From: Nitrospirota bacterium
GTDB lineage: Bacteria > Nitrospirota > Thermodesulfovibrionia > Thermodesulfovibrionales > Dissulfurispiraceae
Direction: 5' to 3'
Length of the DNA: 64,000 nucleotides
Assembly (NCBI GenBank): GCA_963710375.1
Contig: CAVPZX010000002.1
Location: 800,001 to 864,000 of the forward strand
The notes below the pieces were generated by a model. It ran no database searches. It saw nothing but the letters and a program-made list of their open reading frames with translations, and had not been told where the DNA came from. The position numbers were made by a program, and so were the translations under genes. Position 1 is the first letter of the stretch, and the number at the start of each line of letters is the position of its first letter. This document shows, in pieces, positions 51,653 through 59,729 of this stretch.

Positions 51653-52276
51653 ATGACAGTCGGTGCCTATATGAAGAATAAGAGGATGCATCTCGGGATG
51701 TCCTTGCGAGAGGCGGCCAAATCGGCAGGTATATCACATGTGCATGTTAAAGATATAGAGGCTGATAAAATAAAGCCGAGCTTTGAAAAGGTTGTGAATC
51801 TTCTCCGGGCCTATAGTGCCGACATTCAGGAGTTCTTAGAACAAATAGGGTATTTACCTCAAAATGTTGAGTCAGCGTCTATTGGAAAATTGAATTCTGT
51901 ACCGATTATCTCGTTGGTGACTGCTGGTAGTTGGAATGAGGCCTGCGAGGTATTTGAACCGGGCGAAGCGGATGAATGGGTATCTTCAGATTATAAGGGA
52001 CAAAACATTTTTGCAGTAAGAGTCAAAGGCGATTCCATGGAGCCAGAGTTTACCGAGGGGGACATTATTATTTTGGACCCTCATATGAAGCCCAATCCTG
52101 GTGATTATGTGATTGTAAGAAACGATGAAGGTGAAGCAACGCTCAAGCAGTTTAAACAGTATGGGCAAACCAAAGTGTTGCATCCTCTGAATCCAAAGTA
52201 TGACGATATCGAATTAAAGCATGGCCATCAGTATGTGATTGTTGGGAGGGTTGTGGAGAAGAAAAAGAAGTATTGA
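51653..52276 (+). CDS. LexA/CI-type repressor (XRE HTH + S24 peptidase)
   Basis: HTH MSLREAAKSAGISH, Ala-Gly cleavage site (VTAG), catalytic Ser GDSMEP and Lys ATLKQ. Confidence 0.9.
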   Translation: MTVGAYMKNKRMHLGMSLREAAKSAGISHVHVKDIEADKIKPSFEKVVNLLRAYSADIQEFLEQIGYLPQNVESASIGKLNSVPIISLVTAGSWNEACEVFEPGEADEWVSSDYKGQNIFAVRVKGDSMEPEFTEGDIIILDPHMKPNPGDYVIVRNDEGEATLKQFKQYGQTKVLHPLNPKYDDIELKHGHQYVIVGRVVEKKKKY

Positions 52277-52375
52277 ATTAGGAGGGTAATATTTCATATA
52301 AGAATCGAATAAATTATGACACGAATAAATTATACACTTGACAAACTATACCGATAAATTTATAGGATTACAATT

Positions 52376-53359
52376 ATGGCAGTCAATAGAGACAAAACAG
52401 ATTTGTGGAAGGCCGATATCGCCCGTTCAGTTGATATGTATAACAACTGGTTTGTGAACTTCGCGCCCGAAGCTTACCGAAACACCCGAATTGAAACCAC
52501 CAAAGACGTAGAGCAAACCCTTAGGACAACGGAAAATCTAACCAACATTACAACAACGATCCTTAAAGCAAATCCGTCTATATTGCCAACGTTACGTATG
52601 TCCACTTGTCCCCCTTTGGCAGTCGACAGACTTATTGGGTTGGCATGTGTTTCAAAAAATCTTGTTCAAGTTATGGAAGAAGGAAAACTGCCACCACGTA
52701 TGTTTACGCGTGAATTGGACCAGCAACTTCAACAGATTAGCGAGATAATTGCAAAAATGGCTGACCCCGATATTTTTGTTTGGTTAGGTCGAAAACAGAA
52801 GCCTTCTGAACAAGAGGTCTATCGCGCCGCGACAATTGTTGCAGATCGGCTTTGCGGTTCAGTGGCAAATCCCATCATTCGTAATGCTCAAGAAAAACGG
52901 CAATTAGCAACTATTGCAGATTGGCTCGATGCCCGAGACTATGAGCAAGTCCCCACTCGCGACGGGACAAAATTCGACGCCATGCGACCGGCGACTTACA
53001 CTTTCCGGCTAAATGTCCCCGTAAAACAGAAAGAGATACATAAAGAAAAACCGGGGGAAAAAACAAAAAGCATCAATATCCCTGTTGATGCAGTTGTCAT
53101 GCCTAAGAAGGCAAAGACTGGCGACTTCCCCTTGTTGATCGAAGCGAAATCGGCGGGAGATTTTACCAATGTGAACAAACGCCGCAAGGAAGAGGCAACT
53201 AAAATCGCTCAACTTCGTTATACTCACGGAGATCGCGTTTCTTTTATCCTCTTCCTCTGTGGCTACTTTGACAGCGGTTACTTGGGCTATGAAGCCGCTG
53301 AAGGCATCGATTGGGTTTGGGAACACCGTATTGATGATCTTGCTATGTTTGGGTTGTAA
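52376..53359 (+). CDS. Type II restriction endonuclease, XamI family
   Basis: W..DI..SVD.YN.WF, PPLAVDRLIGL, NPIIRNAQEKRQL, IEAKSAGDFTNVNKRRKEEA. Confidence 0.82.
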   Translation: MAVNRDKTDLWKADIARSVDMYNNWFVNFAPEAYRNTRIETTKDVEQTLRTTENLTNITTTILKANPSILPTLRMSTCPPLAVDRLIGLACVSKNLVQVMEEGKLPPRMFTRELDQQLQQISEIIAKMADPDIFVWLGRKQKPSEQEVYRAATIVADRLCGSVANPIIRNAQEKRQLATIADWLDARDYEQVPTRDGTKFDAMRPATYTFRLNVPVKQKEIHKEKPGEKTKSINIPVDAVVMPKKAKTGDFPLLIEAKSAGDFTNVNKRRKEEATKIAQLRYTHGDRVSFILFLCGYFDSGYLGYEAAEGIDWVWEHRIDDLAMFGL

Positions 53360-54889
53360 ATGAAAGCAATCGACCATCTTTCCCAAAAGGAAAAAACAAG
53401 GCTTAGACTCCAGGTTTCGCTTGACGCCGCAAAAACACAGGAAGAACGCAACCGCCTAGGACAATTTTCCACACCCACCCCTCTTGCTTTGGACATGTTG
53501 ACCTATGCAAAAAAGCTCATGCCCATTATACGGAAAGTCCATTTTCTTGACCCTGCTCTTGGAACCGGCGCTTTCTATTCCGCTTTATTGAGGACATTTC
53601 CTGCAAGTCGTATTGCCACCGCTACGGGCTACGAGGTCGATCCTTATTATGGTGATGCATCTCGTTCCCTTTGGTCCGACATGGGGATTGATCTTCGGTT
53701 GATGGATTTTACAAGCGCTATTCCACCTAAAAAAGGCTTCAATTTGGTAATTTGCAACCCGCCGTATGTTCGGCACCATCACATTTTGAATGGTGAGAAA
53801 GCGAGGATTCAGGCAGCTACCTATAAGGCTTGCGACATTCAGTTAAGTGGCTTATCTGGCCTTTACTGCCACTTTCTGGGACTGTCTCATAACTGGATGG
53901 CTGAAGGGGGACTTGCCGGATGGTTGATCCCAAGCGAGTTTATGGATGTGAACTACGGCAAGGCGGTGAAGCAATACCTTCTCGATAAGGTTAGGTTATT
54001 GCATATCCACAGATTCGATCCCCATGATGTGCAATTTAATGACGCTCTTGTGTCCTCTGCCGTTGTCTGGTTCAAGAAAGAGACGCCGCCGCAGGATTAT
54101 AAAGTTGAGTTTTCTTTTGGCGGGACACTGTCCGCGCCCAAAATATCTCGCAATATTTCCACTCAGGTATTAAGGACTGAATCAAAGTGGACGCGCTTTC
54201 CCCTTGCAAAAGCACGCACCAAGGAGAAATTACCAACGCTTTCGGACTTTTTTTCAATCCATCGCGGTATAGCCACAGGTAACAATAATTATTTTATCCT
54301 CACGGCTGAGCAGATTGCCGCCTGCAGGCTCCCTCAAGAGGTTTTCAAGCCAATCCTGCCAAGCCCAAGGTATTTACCTGAAATGGAGATTCAGTCCGAT
54401 GAAATGGGGAACCCAATCCTAGAGAAACCCTTATATCTTTTGGACTGCCGCCTTCCTGAAAAGGTGGTCAAGAAACGTTACCCGAGCTTGTGGCTCTATC
54501 TCTCGGAAGGCAAGAAACGAGGTGTTGCCAGCCGATACTTGTGCAGTCATCGTTCTCCGTGGTATTCGCAGGAAAACAGACCGGCGGCTCCTTTCGTCTG
54601 CACTTACCTTGGTCGTGGGAATGTGAAAAGCGGTCGTCCCTTCCGTTTTATCCTTAACCTGTCCAACGCAACCATAACCAACGTCTATTTGGCCCTGTAT
54701 CCCAAGGGACCCTTGGCCGAGGCCATTGCGAGTGATCCGTCTTTTGCGCGGCACGTTTGGGAAAGCCTGAACCGCATATGCCCAAAAACAATGCTGTCTG
54801 AAGGACGCGTTTATGGCGGAGGTCTCTACAAGCTTGAACCGAAAGAGCTGGCGAATGTTCCGGCAACTGATCTTGCTGATCTGCTATAA
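53360..54889 (+). CDS. N6-adenine DNA methyltransferase (gamma class), partner of the REase
   Basis: GQFSTP, FLDPALGTG, NPPYVRHH, GRVYGGGLYKLEPKEL. Confidence 0.9.
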   Translation: MKAIDHLSQKEKTRLRLQVSLDAAKTQEERNRLGQFSTPTPLALDMLTYAKKLMPIIRKVHFLDPALGTGAFYSALLRTFPASRIATATGYEVDPYYGDASRSLWSDMGIDLRLMDFTSAIPPKKGFNLVICNPPYVRHHHILNGEKARIQAATYKACDIQLSGLSGLYCHFLGLSHNWMAEGGLAGWLIPSEFMDVNYGKAVKQYLLDKVRLLHIHRFDPHDVQFNDALVSSAVVWFKKETPPQDYKVEFSFGGTLSAPKISRNISTQVLRTESKWTRFPLAKARTKEKLPTLSDFFSIHRGIATGNNNYFILTAEQIAACRLPQEVFKPILPSPRYLPEMEIQSDEMGNPILEKPLYLLDCRLPEKVVKKRYPSLWLYLSEGKKRGVASRYLCSHRSPWYSQENRPAAPFVCTYLGRGNVKSGRPFRFILNLSNATITNVYLALYPKGPLAEAIASDPSFARHVWESLNRICPKTMLSEGRVYGGGLYKLEPKELANVPATDLADLL

Positions 54890-55156
54890 TCGGCAATTCC
54901 TCCCGAGAGAGCGAAAAACATATACTAAACCGGGATAGTTATTTGTAGGGGGAACACTTGTCGAGTTCCAATAGTAATAATCTTCCCGGAAAAATAAAGA
55001 TGAAGTTACTGGAAACATGCAATTATTGAGGGTTCAAAAGCGCAATATCGCCAATGACTATATTGATAATATTAGATTAATTAATTGAATATAGCTTAAA
55101 CTGATAAGGGAATACACTTTGCGGTTCAATGAAACGAAGAGCGCAAAAGTGATTAG

Positions 55157-55945
55157 TTAGACATGCATCTTGCCCAAATCAAGTTCTTCGGCTATACGTT
55201 TCTTTTTAAGGTCAATCATACGCTTGACAAATTTATCAAAATCTTCCTGTGGATAGTTAGGATTTGGCTCAGAGAATAAACTCGTTAGGGTGGATAAAGC
55301 CCCAATGCCAAAACCCTTCTGACGGTATTGCGAAATTTCCGAAAAAAGCGCGCGCAACTGTTCAAGATGCGACTTCAGATCAATTTCTTTTTGCGTAGAA
55401 TAACCTGTCTCAACACGAGCATTTATAATTTTCTGAAGTTCATCATGATTTGCCTCTTCAGTGATTCCTTCACGACGTATATAGATTGCATTTGCTCTGA
55501 TACTCGATCCACCTTTTAAAGTCACGAACGGTAAGTGGTCAAGGCTATATCCTATAAAAAGAACCTGAAATTTCTTGCCGACAAGCTTTGGATACTCAGA
55601 TGCATCAAATGAGAAATCGACAGTATCCAGCAGGTCCATTAATGGATTAGGCAGATAATGCTTGATGCCATTGGTAATGTCTGCCTTGTCTTTCAGAACG
55701 GTCAGCCCTATTGGATCCAGTGTATTATCATCTTTTTCATCAACACCTATAACCAAACAGCCACCTCCAGAGTTTGCCATCCCAAGAATATGTTTTGAAA
55801 TGGCTGATTGTTCGGGCCATTCTGACTTAAAGTCACAAAAACGCAACTCTCCGATATTAGTCTTGATCAGTTCTCTAAAGCCTTCCCGCGTTGGATCTTC
55901 AAAGAATGTGGCAAAAGACTCGTGAAAAGATTTTGTTTTCCCCAT
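55157..55945 (-). CDS. Schlafen/AlbA_2 domain protein
   Basis: E...DFK, MANSGGG.LVIGVDE, IYIRR; start at MGKTK behind a GGAAGGGG SD. Confidence 0.8.
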   Translation of the reverse strand: MGKTKSFHESFATFFEDPTREGFRELIKTNIGELRFCDFKSEWPEQSAISKHILGMANSGGGCLVIGVDEKDDNTLDPIGLTVLKDKADITNGIKHYLPNPLMDLLDTVDFSFDASEYPKLVGKKFQVLFIGYSLDHLPFVTLKGGSSIRANAIYIRREGITEEANHDELQKIINARVETGYSTQKEIDLKSHLEQLRALFSEISQYRQKGFGIGALSTLTSLFSEPNPNYPQEDFDKFVKRMIDLKKKRIAEELDLGKMHV

Positions 55946-56047
55946 GCCTGTTTTCCCCTTCCATTGTTTTACATTATCGTTTATGTTTATTCTGTCCTGC
56001 AATACGCACAGTTTTTTGCAGAGTTAGGCATCATCCGGCGTGCCTTT

Positions 56048-56473
56048 TCAGTCACTACGCTCGAAGTACACCTTTCCAGTGATCTCCCGGTTCGGGTCGT
56101 GACTACTCAGGTTAGGGTCATAGAACACCCATTCTTCGTCACGATTCAAGATGCATTCCCATACGAACAGACCAAAAATCAAGCCGGCCTGATCCTGCAC
56201 ATCCTGTTCCTCGGCGGCCTCGCCCAGAATCTCTCTGGCGACATCGTACAAATGAGCAAGAGGATACGGCCACGGTGTCAGCTCTGAGCCCAGGAAGGAA
56301 CTGCTGAAGGAACGGTTACCTGTCTGAGTGTCAGGTGCCATCTCGTCAATTATGCGGTTCAAATCGGCGCGAACTGCCGCGAGCCGTTCAGGGCCAAGGC
56401 TCCGCTGGACTGCCACAAAGTCCGCCAGGTGTGGTACCCGATTAATGCTCTTTCCATCGATTGTGCTCAGCAT
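56048..56473 (-). CDS. Hypothetical protein
   Basis: ORF with AAGGA SD before MLSTIDG; SSFLG..W, AGLIFGLFVW. Confidence 0.55.
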   Translation of the reverse strand: MLSTIDGKSINRVPHLADFVAVQRSLGPERLAAVRADLNRIIDEMAPDTQTGNRSFSSSFLGSELTPWPYPLAHLYDVAREILGEAAEEQDVQDQAGLIFGLFVWECILNRDEEWVFYDPNLSSHDPNREITGKVYFERSD

Positions 56474-56551
56474 AGGTTTGTCCTTAATTGTACCACCATC
56501 AGCTTCTGGTATCCATAGCAACTGATAGCCATGCGCCTTGTCCTCAGTGGG

Positions 56552-57223
56552 TTAAACCCCAAGTATGCGATTGATATCTGACATAGGTGTTTGCTTCCTG
56601 TGAAATATCCAGTTTTGTATAGTTACATTAATGGCATAAATAAAGCCTCCTGCGGCACTAGCGGCCATATAAAGAAGTTCATCTGCTTCTTTGACAGATT
56701 TAATTCCAGATGAGGTCCCATGAACAAGCAACGATTGGAAGCCGTAATACATCGTATATATCCGTTCAAAGTTCGCGTTCTTAGCCATTTCTTCAATCCG
56801 CAGCCGCTTCGGAATCTCCTTCATTACGGATGACTGAATAAAGTCAGATGTTTTATCCTCCTGATTTTTCTTATTGAGGATTTTGGCATATCCGCTCAGC
56901 AAATTCTTTCTTGCAAGTCTCTTCATCTCGTTTATGCCGGCATTATTGAACATCTGAACATTCTCATCAGACTGCATTAGCCATCGGGTCACAACGAGAG
57001 TTTCAAACAGACTTCTCTCTAAAATATTGGCCGATTCTATCAGACTCGTCTCAGCAGCCAGGACAAAACCATCTGTTATATCGGCAGCTCTTCTTAGACA
57101 ACAAATAAGCGCGTGTTCTGCTTCACCATTAAAATGCCGCTTGCTAAAATCATTAGCATTTTGCCGTGCGATCTGCGCTTCCTTGCGAAGGTTCTCAATT
57201 ACTTCTTTGAGTCTATGCTTCAT
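56552..57223 (-). CDS. DUF5677-like helical protein
   Basis: A.ILERSLFE...W, IEEMAK, Y...S.LVHG pattern. Confidence 0.6.
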   Translation of the reverse strand: MKHRLKEVIENLRKEAQIARQNANDFSKRHFNGEAEHALICCLRRAADITDGFVLAAETSLIESANILERSLFETLVVTRWLMQSDENVQMFNNAGINEMKRLARKNLLSGYAKILNKKNQEDKTSDFIQSSVMKEIPKRLRIEEMAKNANFERIYTMYYGFQSLLVHGTSSGIKSVKEADELLYMAASAAGGFIYAINVTIQNWIFHRKQTPMSDINRILGV

Positions 57224-57281
57224 GTCGTTCCTATTATATAGATTTCAACTGATGTGGCGAGGGCAACTACAAAAGAATAAG

Positions 57282-58061
57282 TCACAGATGGTATTCTTGT
57301 CTAATCGCAGTACGGACAATATTTGTGAATTCATAAACCCGCTGCGATATTTCCTGTCTTGTTGCTTCATGATCAACATCACGATGCATGATCTCGTTGC
57401 GCAATCTTGTATAACAAGTTTCCCATACACTTGGATTTCTGGGATCAGGAGTCTGATCTACACCGGGAGCAATTGCTATAATCAGTTCATCTATTTCACG
57501 TTGTAAGGATCGTAAGAGGTTCAAAATAAGATAAAGCATCAGAAACTTTACAATTTCGTCATCAGCATCCATTGCATAACGAAAAATCCTCAGCAATGAG
57601 CCTTCCCCAAATGTGGATATCCGTGAAAAAGCAATCTCAATACTGTGAATTTCATCGTTGGCAAGACGGCGAGGCTCACTATGACCACTCAAGCGTAATC
57701 TTAAAACAGGGAAAATACCATGTATTTGTCCACCCTCTCCAGGCCGAGGCACAAGGTTATGCCCCACTATCCGAGTTCTGCTAACTCTACACCCTACGAT
57801 CAGAGAAAATAATTCGAGCAATTGATCTTTAATGGAATCTGCTATTTGGTCAGCATCTTCGATTGAGACAACTGGCCCAAGAAATAACATTAGAGTGCAA
57901 TTATTATCTTCGGGATTGACTCCTTCCCTCATTATAAATCGCGCTTCAGTGAACCTGGGATCACTTAATGGCACAGAAAAAGGTTCGAAGGTAACCCCAA
58001 CAATATGGAAGGAGTATTCAACGTGTGCGCCTGGATAAGTTTCTGTATTTCCTTGGCACAT
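57282..58061 (-). CDS. MauL/ApeA-like HEPN-type protein
   Basis: KFLMLY.IL, ETCYTRLRNEIMH (Rx4H). Confidence 0.55.
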   Translation of the reverse strand: MCQGNTETYPGAHVEYSFHIVGVTFEPFSVPLSDPRFTEARFIMREGVNPEDNNCTLMLFLGPVVSIEDADQIADSIKDQLLELFSLIVGCRVSRTRIVGHNLVPRPGEGGQIHGIFPVLRLRLSGHSEPRRLANDEIHSIEIAFSRISTFGEGSLLRIFRYAMDADDEIVKFLMLYLILNLLRSLQREIDELIIAIAPGVDQTPDPRNPSVWETCYTRLRNEIMHRDVDHEATRQEISQRVYEFTNIVRTAIRQEYHL

Positions 58062-58091
58062 AAAAAAGTTACTTCCCTTAGTGCTGATTGT

Positions 58092-58226
58092 TCAGCTTTT
58101 GGTATTCATAGCATCCCCAAATAACCTCAACAGTGGTGACGCCGAAAAGATTTCTTCTGACTCTTCCTCAAGAGCCTGGAAACACTGGTCACACAATTTA
58201 CTCAGATCCTCTTCCTTGAACACCAT
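58092..58226 (-). CDS. 44-aa CxxC mini-protein, paralogue of the divergent neighbour
   Basis: MVFKEEDLSKLCDQCFQALEEESEEIFSASPLLRLFGDAMNTKS aligns with the C-terminal half of 58462-58722. Confidence 0.55.
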   Translation of the reverse strand: MVFKEEDLSKLCDQCFQALEEESEEIFSASPLLRLFGDAMNTKS

Positions 58227-58461
58227 CGTGCTAGATATGATAGTGTAAACAAAACAAAAACATATTGTAAATAAATCCATATTTATGCAGGCAGGTAGGC
58301 AAATATTGGGAGCAGTGTAAACTATAGTATGTGTAACTTACCGCCGAACTGGCGGGGATATGCTATGTACTATCACTGTGGCGGCAGAGACTCACTCCTC
58401 AGTGCCTTCTTTGCTCCCTTATCAGGGAATATAGGATGCCGGTTTATGCTACACTACCGCT

Positions 58462-58722
58462 ATGGACATTCAGGAGCAAAGAGAGGACACTTTCGCCGGA
58501 CAACTGGCTTTTGAAGTGGCAAAAAACATCGATGACATTTCAGAGATTATAGCTGCTTCCAAAGTAGGGGCGTGCGGCGGCAAGTGCAATGGCTATACTG
58601 AAAAAGAACTGAGTGGCCTCTGCCCTGTTTGCCTTGAAGCTCTTGAAAGCGAATCATACAAAATATTTTCCGCATCGCCTATGCTAAAGCTTCTTGGTAA
58701 TGCGATGAACAGTCAGGATTAA
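58462..58722 (+). CDS. 86-aa Cys-rich small protein
   Basis: CGGKC...LCPVCLEALESESYKIFSASPMLKLLGNAMN; extended -10 TGcTACACT 6 nt before ATG. Confidence 0.6.
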   Translation: MDIQEQREDTFAGQLAFEVAKNIDDISEIIAASKVGACGGKCNGYTEKELSGLCPVCLEALESESYKIFSASPMLKLLGNAMNSQD

Positions 58723-58780
58723 ACGAAATGATTCTGCAAATATCATCAAGAACTAAACGCTGCGAACGAATCTCGCCGAC

Positions 58781-59506
58781 CTATTTTCTGATATTCACTT
58801 TGTCCTGATGGATCGTGTTAATGAGCATCAAAGCCGACCGTATCGTGTCATTATGGATGCTGAATAGGGCATGGTTCCTGTCGGTTTCGGTCATGGCGCA
58901 CATGGCGCTGCCTGCTATCGCCAAGAGTGTTTGCAAGTCTTCCTTTCCATGTTCTGATGAGGATATGTGTTTGGCCATTGCATCCAGCTTTGTGGGGCCG
59001 GTATCCGCGACTGAATCGGGATCGGGTTCGCTGAGAAATGTCCATGCCTTCTCAATCTGCTCTCGGAAATCGGGGTCCTTGATTTCATTCAACAACACAA
59101 CCCTAAGCTGAGGTTCGTACAAGGCAACTGCGGCGAAGAAAAACAGGGCCATGTTGTCTTCGATGAACTGTCGCTTTAACCTGGCCTTCTCTTCCGCCTC
59201 ACGACCTACTGCGGCTTCCCGCCTCCGGCGGACCTCATCATAGAGTGCTTGTCGATACTTCCTTGCTTCATACTCTGAATAGTTCTTGGTCTGGCTGCTT
59301 TTGCTGTCATACTCATCGTGATGGGTAAGGCACATCCATGCAAGGTTCTCATATGCGCTATTTGCTGGGTCGTGGTCGAGATGGGCAACCTGCCCCCTCT
59401 TCTCAGCGTAGTCGTGATTCACGCCAAAGCAAAGGCAGCAACGGCGCGCGCTCGATTCCAGTACCCGAAACTCGGTGAAGTCAGTTGGACGTTTTCTCTC
59501 CGCCAT
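58781..59506 (-). CDS. HNH endonuclease domain protein
   Basis: RRCCLC...QVAHLDHDPAN...NLAWMCLTHHDEYD. Confidence 0.72.
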   Translation of the reverse strand: MAERKRPTDFTEFRVLESSARRCCLCFGVNHDYAEKRGQVAHLDHDPANSAYENLAWMCLTHHDEYDSKSSQTKNYSEYEARKYRQALYDEVRRRREAAVGREAEEKARLKRQFIEDNMALFFFAAVALYEPQLRVVLLNEIKDPDFREQIEKAWTFLSEPDPDSVADTGPTKLDAMAKHISSSEHGKEDLQTLLAIAGSAMCAMTETDRNHALFSIHNDTIRSALMLINTIHQDKVNIRK

Positions 59507-59691
59507 GATTGTCTTATGTCCCGTGACAAGTTGCCTCTCAGGTTAGCGACTGTTTTATACCCTGTTGACTGAATGAGTGTCAAGGAAAATCTGTTTATTT
59601 TCTGTAGGAACCTGTTGTTGCAGAGCCTCCGTGATGCAAGATTACAGGAAACGTTGTGTCCTGAACTGTGTCAACCCGATGCGGACTATAA

Positions 59692-59729
59692 GGGGTCACC
59701 TCACGAAATGTACAAAATCGTACGTTAAG
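59692..59729 (+). repeat. 38-bp Tn3-family terminal inverted repeat
   Basis: GGGGTCACCTCACGAAATGTACAAAATCGTACGTTAAG; overlaps the tnpA stop; candidate 5-bp TSD TATAA to the left. Confidence 0.88.

Noticed and set aside
53360..54889. Island MTase as the cause of the CAGCTC errors
   Set aside because: XamI-family systems are expected to recognise GTCGAC; nothing in the sequence links this enzyme to AGCT, though its specificity is untested
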